A DNA stretch of 64,000 nucleotides. Origin: Minisyncoccia bacterium (lineage in GTDB: Bacteria; Patescibacteriota; Minisyncoccia; Phycocordibacterales; UBA918). The stretch covers positions 201,226 to 265,225 of the forward strand of contig JBKJIT010000004.1 in assembly GCA_046598345.1 (NCBI GenBank), written 5' to 3'. Positions 21,192 to 29,482 of the stretch are shown here, one piece after another (within the stretch, counting starts at the first letter, position 1; each line of letters starts with the position of its first letter). Below the pieces are notes generated by a model, which made no database searches, was not told the origin of the DNA, and saw only the letters and a program-made list of their open reading frames with translations. The translations under genes and the position numbers were made by a program.

Positions 21192-21228
21192 GTAAACCCG
21201 CCAGAGTAACTTGGCGGGTTTACTTTTT
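21192..21228 (+). terminator. strong hairpin (11-bp stem gtaaacccgcc/ggcgggtttac) with T5 on plus strand, between the secreted-protein gene and atpB
   Basis: Perfect 11-bp stem, 10-nt loop, ttttt at 21224-21228. On the minus strand there is no U-run after the stem, so its role is ambiguous (attenuator, insulator or plus-strand terminator). Confidence 0.4.
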
Positions 21229-21243
21229 GATCAATAAAAAAAC

Positions 21244-21798
21244 TTACTTCTGAGTTTCCCAATACTTCAGCTCTGAGAACATATTCACGAGAGTCTTAAG
21301 AAGGTTGTAGATCGAGTCACGAAGCTCGCTAGCACGATCAGTACCAGTTGCTTCCGTAATGCCAGCATCTGGGTCAGCCTTTTCAAGATCCGCGATAAAG
21401 TCCTTGGCCATTTGCGAATCTGCTGGAAGTGTCTGAGTTACTGTACGTACACCAAATTCATTTATTGTTGTAAGAAATACAGTTGACTTCCCTTCTGCAG
21501 CTGGACCATTGCTGCAAAAATACTGCCAATCTTGACTCCACTGGTGCTCTACCCAGATCTTAGGAGCGACCCATCCCTTCAATGCCTTGGTAACGGTAAC
21601 TACTTGGGTATGATTGGAAGTGACTTTTGTCGCTGTTCCAATAAATACCTGTGTTTCCTCGTCAGTAACAACCAAGTTAAGATAATCTTCAACCGGAAGA
21701 CAACTGAGCGCGTGTGCGCTTCCTGCTCCAGAGAACAGCATAAGTGCAAGACCAATTGCTATTAAACCTTTTTGCATATTTTTTATACCAATACTCAT
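21244..21798 (-). CDS. secreted hypothetical protein
   Basis: MQKGLIAIGLALMLFSGAGSAHA signal peptide. No recognised domain. Confidence 0.5.
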   Translation of the reverse strand: MSIGIKNMQKGLIAIGLALMLFSGAGSAHALSCLPVEDYLNLVVTDEETQVFIGTATKVTSNHTQVVTVTKALKGWVAPKIWVEHQWSQDWQYFCSNGPAAEGKSTVFLTTINEFGVRTVTQTLPADSQMAKDFIADLEKADPDAGITEATGTDRASELRDSIYNLLKTLVNMFSELKYWETQK

Positions 21799-21883
21799 AC
21801 TTAATACTTATACTAAACATCGCTATATACTATTCTACGAGGGTTTAGAGAAAAGGTAACACTTCAACACTTCTACTATGTAT

Positions 21884-22783
21884 TTAACTCAAGAGTTTTA
21901 ATAGCAGGGCCATGCGCACCAAAACCCCATAACGAACCTGCCTAAAATAGGCTGCTTTGGGCAACACGTCGAGTGCTGGATCAATCTCATCAACACGAGG
22001 AAGTGGATGTAGTATGATTGCACCTGCTTTCATATGCTCAGTATTGCTGGGGGTTAAAATATAGCTCCCTTTGAATTTTTCATACTCACTCTCTGAAGAA
22101 AATCGTTCTTTTTGGATCCTTGTTTGATAAATAGCATCTACCTCTGTGACTAAATGTTCAAAGTGAGGATGCTCACTATATGAAACTCCATGCTTAGTGA
22201 GATACTCCTTAATATCATCACCAATTTTGAGTTCATCAGGAGAAACTAGATGGATCTGAATATTCTCATATTTACCCAAAAGATAGCAAAGTGAGCGCAC
22301 AGTTCTTCCATTCTTTAAATCACCCATGAGTGCAATATGAATCCCATCTATCTGCCCAAGCTCGCGCTCGAGCGTATACAAGTCTAGAAGTGCTTGCGTA
22401 GGATGTTGGCCGGTCCCATCTCCAGCATTAATTATGGGAACTGAAGAGACGTTAGCAGCACGCTCAGCTGTTCCTGCTTCGAAGTGTCTTAGTACAATTG
22501 CGTCAGCATAATTTCCTACAACTTTAATACTATCCTCAAGTGTCTCCCCTTTAATCGCTGAGGAAAACTCTTTCGCATTTTCTGTCGTAAGTACATTTCC
22601 CCCAAGGCGCATCATCGCTGATTCAAATGAAAGCCTTGTTCTCGTACTCGGCTCATAAAATAGTGAGGCGAGGATTTTCCCCTGAAGTGGTCTTTCTGTA
22701 TTGGTTTGACATGCATCAGCTACACTGAACAAATCCGTAAGCTCCTCACGATCAAACTGCTGAGCCTCAATAAGGTGTTTCAT
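21884..22783 (-). CDS. pyrB: aspartate carbamoyltransferase catalytic subunit
   Basis: FYEPSTRTRLSFE, HPTQAL and HPLP motifs. 299 aa, which is ATCase length rather than ornithine carbamoyltransferase length. Confidence 0.88.
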   Translation of the reverse strand: MKHLIEAQQFDREELTDLFSVADACQTNTERPLQGKILASLFYEPSTRTRLSFESAMMRLGGNVLTTENAKEFSSAIKGETLEDSIKVVGNYADAIVLRHFEAGTAERAANVSSVPIINAGDGTGQHPTQALLDLYTLERELGQIDGIHIALMGDLKNGRTVRSLCYLLGKYENIQIHLVSPDELKIGDDIKEYLTKHGVSYSEHPHFEHLVTEVDAIYQTRIQKERFSSESEYEKFKGSYILTPSNTEHMKAGAIILHPLPRVDEIDPALDVLPKAAYFRQVRYGVLVRMALLLKLLS

Positions 22784-22849
22784 GGGGATTAGTATATCAG
22801 TAAGGGGCTTCCACGCTCTGGAAACACTTTTACCGAGCTCATTCAGGCA

Positions 22850-23086
22850 CTAATTGGAAAGATCCTTCTTGTACCCAATAAATGACTTCATAATTTCAAG
22901 CGGAAGAGCGAAGACAACCGTGTTCGACTGGTCTGACGAAATATCATTCAATACCTGAAGCGTGCGTAGATGAAGTGCCCCATCTGATGCTGAGAGTATG
23001 CGTGCTGCTTGTGCCATATTTTCTGCTGCCGCAACACGCTCCCCCTGAGAAAGACGGATATCACCAGCAGCAAACATGCCTGGCAT
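22850..23086 (-). pseudogene. relic of the C-terminal FAD-binding segment of a pyridine-nucleotide-disulfide/glutamate-synthase-small-subunit-like oxidoreductase
   Basis: The 78-aa ORF begins PGMFAAGDIRLSQGERVAAAENMAQAARIL, which is the GxFAAGD C-terminal FAD motif. No upstream part of such a protein exists. Confidence 0.3.
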
Positions 23087-23119
23087 GAACGTCTGGACTC
23101 TCTCATATAACTTTTTGAG

Positions 23120-23890
23120 TTATTCCTTAATGGATTCAAGGCGCTTTACAGTCGCACCACTCTCAGACATTTCACCATATACATGTACTTTTTGAGCATC
23201 ATAGAATTTACTTGTGTCACATGGTGCAGATGTGCCATCAATCTCTATACATGTACTTTCACTTGTAAAATTAAGTGGTACATGGTGACCTTGCTGGTTA
23301 TTCTCTTCAAATATGATGTACCAGAAGTTAGGATCAAGTGGTGGAGGAACTGATTTAAGGAGAAATCCTTCTTTATCAAAGCTAAATTCCGTAATAGGTG
23401 CTACTTCGCCCGAAGAACAGGAGATGTTGTCAATAAACCAACCGTCATTAAGGCGATTCAGTGTAATGATTGTTTGGTCAGTAACCAGTTTATCCCTTGA
23501 TTTAACAATTACTTGAGTGGTGTCTGCTAAAGAAACCAATACTTTTCCACCAACTCTATCAGGTATCACTGTTTGGCAAATTACAGGATCCTTTTCGGAT
23601 GTCGGACGATCTTTTGCACGAGTGAGTGCCGCACTCAGATTTTTACTTAAAAGCGGATTGGTGTCCAAATTTGATTGATATGGATTGGTACTTGTTGATT
23701 TCACCGCATCAAGCCATGAGGCATAAAAATCTAATGCAATGTCGATGGGTTCATCTGTTGAGGTCGCTTGTTCAGCAAGCACAGGATCTGTTGTTTTTTT
23801 AGATACAAACAAGAGGTTGTACAAAATTCCCCCTATTAAGAGAATTGCTACTACGCCACCTACAATAAGTATTTTATATTTTGAAGTCAT
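23120..23890 (-). CDS. membrane-anchored extracytoplasmic hypothetical protein
   Basis: N-terminal transmembrane segment (ILIVGGVVAILLIGGIL) and a 230-aa soluble domain containing 4 Cys. Confidence 0.5.
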   Translation of the reverse strand: MTSKYKILIVGGVVAILLIGGILYNLLFVSKKTTDPVLAEQATSTDEPIDIALDFYASWLDAVKSTSTNPYQSNLDTNPLLSKNLSAALTRAKDRPTSEKDPVICQTVIPDRVGGKVLVSLADTTQVIVKSRDKLVTDQTIITLNRLNDGWFIDNISCSSGEVAPITEFSFDKEGFLLKSVPPPLDPNFWYIIFEENNQQGHHVPLNFTSESTCIEIDGTSAPCDTSKFYDAQKVHVYGEMSESGATVKRLESIKE

Positions 23891-23968
23891 TCAAGGAATT
23901 ATACTCTATTCTGCTAACAGGAAAAAACTTTTAAATCGGATGCTTTTGCAGCTCTACATAAGTCTAGC

Positions 23969-24637
23969 TTACTGTAACCCGTCGAATGAGTCAGTCTGGA
24001 TTCTTTCTTCAGGAATTCCCTTTTCTTTAAGTGAAACAACAATAGCATCTACGAATGATGGTGGGCCGGCGACCATAAAGATAGCATTTGGTTTTTGTTC
24101 CTGAAGAATATGTAATGTATCCTCAGTCTCCTCTCGAGTAATGTGAAGCTGTTCAATTGGGAAATAATCCAACTCATTTTTATACAAATAGTTTTCTCTC
24201 GCGATGTGGACTAATGTTGGTTTAAAGCCCAGGCTTCCTGCGGCATGCTCACGGATGATGGATCGAAATGGGGTAATGCCTATTCCACCTGCAATCATAA
24301 TAAGCTCCCCGTCTCTAGGAACTTCGAGATACGTTTTTATCTTGAAGAGCTCAATACTGTCACCTGGTTCCAGTTTTAGGATTTCAGTTTTAAACGGAGA
24401 ACCTGACTCCACCGTCGTCGTGAACATAAGGTGAGGGTCTGAAGGTGCAGCAGCTATGGAGAGGTCTCGCACTGCTTTGTGAGGCGCAGGAACAGAATGA
24501 ATGCGCATATGCACGTAATATCCTGGCCCAAATTCAAAATCAGAGGGTTTGTCGAAGATAAACGTATGAATATGCCCATACTCATGTCGCTTCTCACGAA
24601 GGACTACGTTTGGCCACCTCTTTGTTTCAGGTGGCAT
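23969..24637 (-). CDS. FNR-like FAD/NAD(P)-binding oxidoreductase
   Basis: RxYS-like FAD region and GGIGITPF NAD(P)-binding motif. Confidence 0.7.
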   Translation of the reverse strand: MPPETKRWPNVVLREKRHEYGHIHTFIFDKPSDFEFGPGYYVHMRIHSVPAPHKAVRDLSIAAAPSDPHLMFTTTVESGSPFKTEILKLEPGDSIELFKIKTYLEVPRDGELIMIAGGIGITPFRSIIREHAAGSLGFKPTLVHIARENYLYKNELDYFPIEQLHITREETEDTLHILQEQKPNAIFMVAGPPSFVDAIVVSLKEKGIPEERIQTDSFDGLQ

Positions 24638-24646
24638 ACATAAGTA

Positions 24647-25417
24647 TTAATTTTTTTGGATTTCAAGAATCCTTTTTGGTAAATGAGGATGAGATGCAAG
24701 TGCTTCAGAAAGCCATACAAAAAATCCCTTCTCTGTTTTTGTTTGTTCGATATATGATTCGATATTTACAAGATTGCCCATCGTCTTTCCAGAAACAAGC
24801 TTGACGAGGGCACGTTCACAGGTATTTTGATCAGGAACGAGTGCTTTCATTACTTGGTCAGCTGAATACTCTCGCGCACGCGACAGCGCTGAGTTAAGAA
24901 AAGGAATGAAGGGCACAAGAAACCAATTATAAAAATGAGTATGATTGAGAACATGATGTCCCAGCTCATGTGCAACCACTGCTTTTAGTTGTTCTCTATC
25001 GTTCCCTTCTGTGAGCGCGCTTGCCAGGTCAGAAAAGATTACAAGCATTTTTCTTGAAACTAAGCGGGTTGCGAAGGCGTTGAGTTCTCCACCGGCTTGC
25101 ATTATATGAAGATCGGGCGGTGTTTTAAGTCCAACACGTTCTGAAAGAACTCTCATGGCCTCCCATAACTCTGGAAATTGATTGGGGCCAGCCTTTACGC
25201 TATTGATACGAATCGCGGCCATTGCGAGGAAGTGAAAAAATATATAAAAACAAGTGATTGCAATAAGAATTGCAAGCCAGAAAAGTTCTCCATAATTACC
25301 TTTAAACACTGACCAAACTATCCAGCCGTAAAATAGAGCGCTTATCAGAACACTGCCCATAAAATAAAATTTTTCTTTAGATGTCCTATAGCTTCGGGCA
25401 TTAATATGCTGTTCCAT
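24647..25417 (-). CDS. M48-family zinc metallopeptidase (HtpX-like)
   Basis: HELGHHVLNH zinc motif, N-terminal transmembrane helices, and a later glutamate in REYSADQ. Confidence 0.8.
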   Translation of the reverse strand: MEQHINARSYRTSKEKFYFMGSVLISALFYGWIVWSVFKGNYGELFWLAILIAITCFYIFFHFLAMAAIRINSVKAGPNQFPELWEAMRVLSERVGLKTPPDLHIMQAGGELNAFATRLVSRKMLVIFSDLASALTEGNDREQLKAVVAHELGHHVLNHTHFYNWFLVPFIPFLNSALSRAREYSADQVMKALVPDQNTCERALVKLVSGKTMGNLVNIESYIEQTKTEKGFFVWLSEALASHPHLPKRILEIQKN

Positions 25418-25473
25418 TGTATTATAATCACACTAGTTTGACTTGTTTGTCAATTTAACTCCACAGGGTTACC

Positions 25474-25506
25474 CAGTGACAACACTGTGACAACACTGTG
25501 ACAACA
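25474..25506 (+). repeat. tandem 11-bp repeat (c)tgtgacaaca x3 upstream of the M48 peptidase gene, next to palindrome TTGACttgtttGTCAA (25439-25453)
   Basis: Read directly: cagtgacaaca ctgtgacaaca ctgtgacaaca. It lies 57-90 bp upstream of the minus-strand start at 25417. Confidence 0.6.
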
Positions 25507-25650
25507 TCATTTTTTAACATGTCTAGATTGTTGTATGGACGATATTGAAATTTCTTTATTAATTATTTCTTTGAAAATTCCACTATGAGATTTGATCTGG
25601 TTTTATGTTTTCGGAGTATAAATTTATTTCAGTTGGTAAATAGACCGTTA

Positions 25651-26208
25651 TTACGTAACTGAAGTGGGTGCAGAGGGCTGAACTGGAGGTTTTGGAGGGG
25701 GTGTAGGGCGGAATTTATGCAGTATCCAGGCACCAGCAACTACCGTGACTGCATACACTGCAAGAATTGAAACCATAGAGAGCCACATATCTGCAGGGAA
25801 GAATTTGATGCCGTTTGTAAGGAAAAACCCGAGAACGAATGCAACCCACCATCCAATGAATGAGAGTGCGCTTCCCCAGTAGAGGCCAATCTTACGCTTC
25901 GCGAGCATCCATGCATTCACATTGATAAGTACAATAATAATCATCTTCGCCCAAAACACTCCGTCTACGAGCCTAAAGAGTTGATTGTTCATCCAATATT
26001 CAATGATAAAGCCAAGGCCAGAAACAATAGCTATAATAGTTCCCAGACGAGTTATGAAAAAGCTCTTATGCAGAAAGAGCTTATCAGTATCATCCATTTT
26101 TCCATCTTTTAGCGCAGTATTGAGGTTGATCTCAATAAACGTAGCTCCTCCAACGCCTAAAATGGTTCCGATGAGGTGTGCCAGGAGAAGAAATACGTGA
26201 AAGTCCAT
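25651..26208 (-). CDS. hypothetical membrane protein
   Basis: 185 aa, 5 transmembrane helices, Pro-rich C-tail. Confidence 0.45.
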   Translation of the reverse strand: MDFHVFLLLAHLIGTILGVGGATFIEINLNTALKDGKMDDTDKLFLHKSFFITRLGTIIAIVSGLGFIIEYWMNNQLFRLVDGVFWAKMIIIVLINVNAWMLAKRKIGLYWGSALSFIGWWVAFVLGFFLTNGIKFFPADMWLSMVSILAVYAVTVVAGAWILHKFRPTPPPKPPVQPSAPTSVT

Positions 26209-26218
26209 GAAAATAGAA

Positions 26219-26434
26219 TTAAGCTGCTACAGAAGCGGTGTAGCCTAACTTTCCAATTTCTTCGATAATCTGCTCTGCTTTAATTTTTGAATCATCAATC
26301 TCCCATGTACCTTTCTTACCTTCGAGATCAACGAAAACTGACGAAACACCCTCCATTTGTTCCGTTACCATCTGAATACCTGTTGCGCATCCGCCACAGT
26401 GCATTCCGACGATGTTCATATTTAGTGTAGACAT
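26219..26434 (-). CDS. copZ: copper chaperone (HMA domain)
   Basis: 71 aa with GMHCGGC metal-binding motif. Confidence 0.8.
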   Translation of the reverse strand: MSTLNMNIVGMHCGGCATGIQMVTEQMEGVSSVFVDLEGKKGTWEIDDSKIKAEQIIEEIGKLGYTASVAA

Positions 26435-26521
26435 AATTCAAGGTTTAAATTTACGTAATTTCTGTGTTGCTCGATCGACTTTCTGCTGCAAAGTAGATTT
26501 CTACATTTTAGTAGCAAAGCC

Positions 26522-26548
26522 CTTGCGAAAGTATCCCACACTTTCTCA
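26522..26548 (+). repeat. palindromic element cttgcGAAAGTatcccacACTTTCtca, a member of a 4-locus repeat family
   Basis: About 88-115 bp upstream of copZ. Near-identical to 34241-34267. Related modules at 35394-35420 and 44670-44694. Confidence 0.6.
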
Positions 26549-26602
26549 TGCCTAGAACTTCCAGCAAAATTTAAACTTTGAGGAAGCTCTCTATTGATTA
26601 TA

Positions 26603-28984
26603 TCATCCTACTTTCGGCTTTGAAGCAGCCAATGCATCCTTCTCGCCTTTCTTAATCTGCTTCTCAATAGGCGGAACATACGAATGGAGTGTCATTGAAT
26701 TCAATACTACTGACACGGAACTAAACGCCATCGCAAATCCAGCAATTTCAGGGCGAAGTGTTGCTTGTGAAAGGTTAAAGAGCATTTGCCCAAATGAACC
26801 ATAATTAGCCTGCATAGCAACGACCCAACCTGCCGCAATACCGAACGAGGTTTGAGTAATGAGAAGGTGGGCTCCCGCAGCGACAGGAATCGCTGCCACG
26901 TTGTAGAAGAATGCCCAGAAAAGGTTTTGCCAGACCTTAATAATTGTCTTTCGTGAAAGCTGAATAGCTGTCGCAACATCACGAAGATCGTCCTTAACAA
27001 GAATGATTTCTCCCGTTTCAATTGCCACGTCGCTTCCTGAACCAATAGCAATACCCAAGTTTGCTTGTGCGAGCGCTGGTGAATCATTAATACCGTCTCC
27101 AACCATAGCTACGTTCTTGCCCTCCGCTTGAAGCTTCTTTACCATTGCTGCTTTGTCCTGCGGCAATACTTCTGAGAGCACGCGGGTGATACCAACTAGT
27201 TTTGCAATTGCCTGCGCAGTCTTCTCATTGTCACCAGTAATCATAATAACTTCCTTCCCCATGCGCTTAAATTCAGCGATCGCCTCCTTTGCGTATGGTT
27301 TTAGTGCGTCCGCCATTGCAATGAGTGCGACTGGCTTACCATCGATGAGAAGGAAGACTGTGGTTTTTGCCTGCTCTTGAAGTTCTCCGAGCTTAGTCTG
27401 GTAACCTTTTGTATCAATCTTCAAATTATCCATATAGGTAAGGTTTCCAATGATGACTTCCTTTACCTTTCCACTGTGAGGAATCATTGCCTTAATACCC
27501 ATACCCTGCATCGCTTCAAATTTCTTTAGCATAATAACCTCACCAAACGTCTTTCCATGCTCAATAACTGCTCGCGCAAGTGGATGCTCCGAACCCATTT
27601 CAGCAGAGGCTGCAAGGATCGCAGCTTCTTCGCTTTTTACACTCTGGTCAAGCATTACGAAGTCCGTGACAATTGGTTTACCTATTGTGAGGGTTCCGGT
27701 TTTATCGAGTGCAATCGTATTGACCTTGTATGCTTTCTCAAGCGCTTCTCCTCCCTTCAAGATGATGCCAAACTTCGCTGCGCGCCCAATACCGACTACG
27801 AGTGCGGTCGGCGTTGCGAGACCCATGGCGCACGGACATGAGATCACGAGTACCGCAATCATACGTAAAAGTCCCGCACGTACGGGTAGATCAGCAATAA
27901 ATACCCAGCCAATAAAGGTAAGTACTGAAAGCAGAACAACGGCTGGTACAAAGTACTCGCTCACTTTATCGACAAGATCCTGTACAGGAGCACGCTTCGC
28001 CTGCGCCTCCTCCACCATACGGATTATTTGATAGAGCAGTGTATCCTTACCAATTTTTACTGCCTTAAATTTGAAACGACCTTCTAGATTTACGGTCGCA
28101 CCGATCACATTGTCTCCAGCGATACGTTTAACTGGGAATGATTCTCCAGTAACTACTTTTTCATCAATATGTGTTTCCCCTTCAATAAGGACACCGTCAA
28201 CAGGAACTTTTTCTCCTGGCTTTACGATGATTATGTCTCCTTCAACGAGTTCTTCGAGTGGAATGGTGACTTCCTTTCCATCACGTTCAACATGCGCTTC
28301 TTTAGCTTCGAGCTTAAGAAGTTCCTTAATAGCACTAGACGCCCTTCCCTTTGCAACAACTTCTACGTAGCGTCCTAGAAGAATAAAGGCGATAAGCGCA
28401 GCTGAACTTTCCCAAAATGGATGGTCGATATTGAAGAATAAGAAGCCAATCGCACTGTAGAGGTACGCAGCTGTAGTACCCAATACCACGAGCACATCCA
28501 TGTTTGCAGCTCCAATTCTGACTGCAGACCACGCATTGCGATAGAATGGCCATCCGATAACAAACTGAATTGGTGTAGAAAGAACCCAGTAAATATAGTT
28601 GAGATCGATACCGAAAACCTGGTGTACGTGAGGCAGGTTGAACATGTGTACACCCATGTAATAGGCAATGATGGGCGCTGCAATTGCGAACGCTGCGATA
28701 ACGCGACGCTTTGCAAGCAACATTTCCTTTGCCTCAGCCTTCTCTTCGTCTTCAATCGAATTTGACTCCTCATCCGGACGAATCACATCGTATCCGAGCT
28801 TGTTCACAAATGCATCGATCTGGTTAATCGAAATCTTGGATTCATCAAACTCGAGTGCCACTTTCTGAGCACCATAGCTTGTATTCGACGCGACAACGCC
28901 TGCCTGTTTTAAAAGCAGTTTGTCGATCAGAATGGCGCAAGAGGCGCAATGCATTCCTTTTACTTTAAGTACAAGCTTTGTCAT
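26603..28984 (-). CDS. copA: copper-translocating P1B-type ATPase
   Basis: N-terminal HMA (GMHCASCA), the CPC transmembrane motif (ISCPCAMGLATP), DKTGTLT and GDGINDSPAL. Confidence 0.95.
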   Translation of the reverse strand: MTKLVLKVKGMHCASCAILIDKLLLKQAGVVASNTSYGAQKVALEFDESKISINQIDAFVNKLGYDVIRPDEESNSIEDEEKAEAKEMLLAKRRVIAAFAIAAPIIAYYMGVHMFNLPHVHQVFGIDLNYIYWVLSTPIQFVIGWPFYRNAWSAVRIGAANMDVLVVLGTTAAYLYSAIGFLFFNIDHPFWESSAALIAFILLGRYVEVVAKGRASSAIKELLKLEAKEAHVERDGKEVTIPLEELVEGDIIIVKPGEKVPVDGVLIEGETHIDEKVVTGESFPVKRIAGDNVIGATVNLEGRFKFKAVKIGKDTLLYQIIRMVEEAQAKRAPVQDLVDKVSEYFVPAVVLLSVLTFIGWVFIADLPVRAGLLRMIAVLVISCPCAMGLATPTALVVGIGRAAKFGIILKGGEALEKAYKVNTIALDKTGTLTIGKPIVTDFVMLDQSVKSEEAAILAASAEMGSEHPLARAVIEHGKTFGEVIMLKKFEAMQGMGIKAMIPHSGKVKEVIIGNLTYMDNLKIDTKGYQTKLGELQEQAKTTVFLLIDGKPVALIAMADALKPYAKEAIAEFKRMGKEVIMITGDNEKTAQAIAKLVGITRVLSEVLPQDKAAMVKKLQAEGKNVAMVGDGINDSPALAQANLGIAIGSGSDVAIETGEIILVKDDLRDVATAIQLSRKTIIKVWQNLFWAFFYNVAAIPVAAGAHLLITQTSFGIAAGWVVAMQANYGSFGQMLFNLSQATLRPEIAGFAMAFSSVSVVLNSMTLHSYVPPIEKQIKKGEKDALAASKPKVG

Positions 28985-29004
28985 GACGAATAATTACTAA
29001 TTGA

Positions 29005-29481
29005 TTAATTTACGAGGTTTGAAAGTGCATTCACAACAAATTTTCCAAGATGCTCAAAATGCCCACGAAAAATTCCCGTGTAAGGGCCCTCTTGAACAAC
29101 TCCTCCTGGGAGATTTCCTGTCGCTTTACTGTCACTGCAGGAGACTGAACAGTAGAATGGGAATTCACCCTCCTTTGAGGCTACAAAATCAACCTCAATG
29201 CGTCCGCTCGCCGGAAGTCTTTGAGAAATACCGAGTGCATCGATTGCAAACCCGTGGTCGAATGTGTCCTCATTAATTACGGTAATGTGCACACGATCAC
29301 ATTTGTTTACAGTGATGCTTTCTGGGTCGAATCTCCACTCAAGTTTCTTTGAAACCACAGTCACATCGCGTGCAATACCCATGTTAGCTGAGCAATCATC
29401 GGTATCAGTAGTGCGACTAAAGATAAACCCGCCTCCAAGAAGTACGACGAGCACGATCCCCATAATTACAAATTTGTTCAT
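29005..29481 (-). CDS. cupredoxin-like domain protein, membrane-anchored (non-canonical ligand set)
   Basis: Start MNKFVIMGIVLVVLL is adjacent to the stop of the upstream giant ORF. ...HITVINEDTFDHGFAI...GEFPFYCSVSCSD resembles the Cupredoxin_1 fold, but the His after the Cys is missing. Confidence 0.45.
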   Translation of the reverse strand: MNKFVIMGIVLVVLLGGGFIFSRTTDTDDCSANMGIARDVTVVSKKLEWRFDPESITVNKCDRVHITVINEDTFDHGFAIDALGISQRLPASGRIEVDFVASKEGEFPFYCSVSCSDSKATGNLPGGVVQEGPYTGIFRGHFEHLGKFVVNALSNLVN

Positions 29482-29482
29482 G

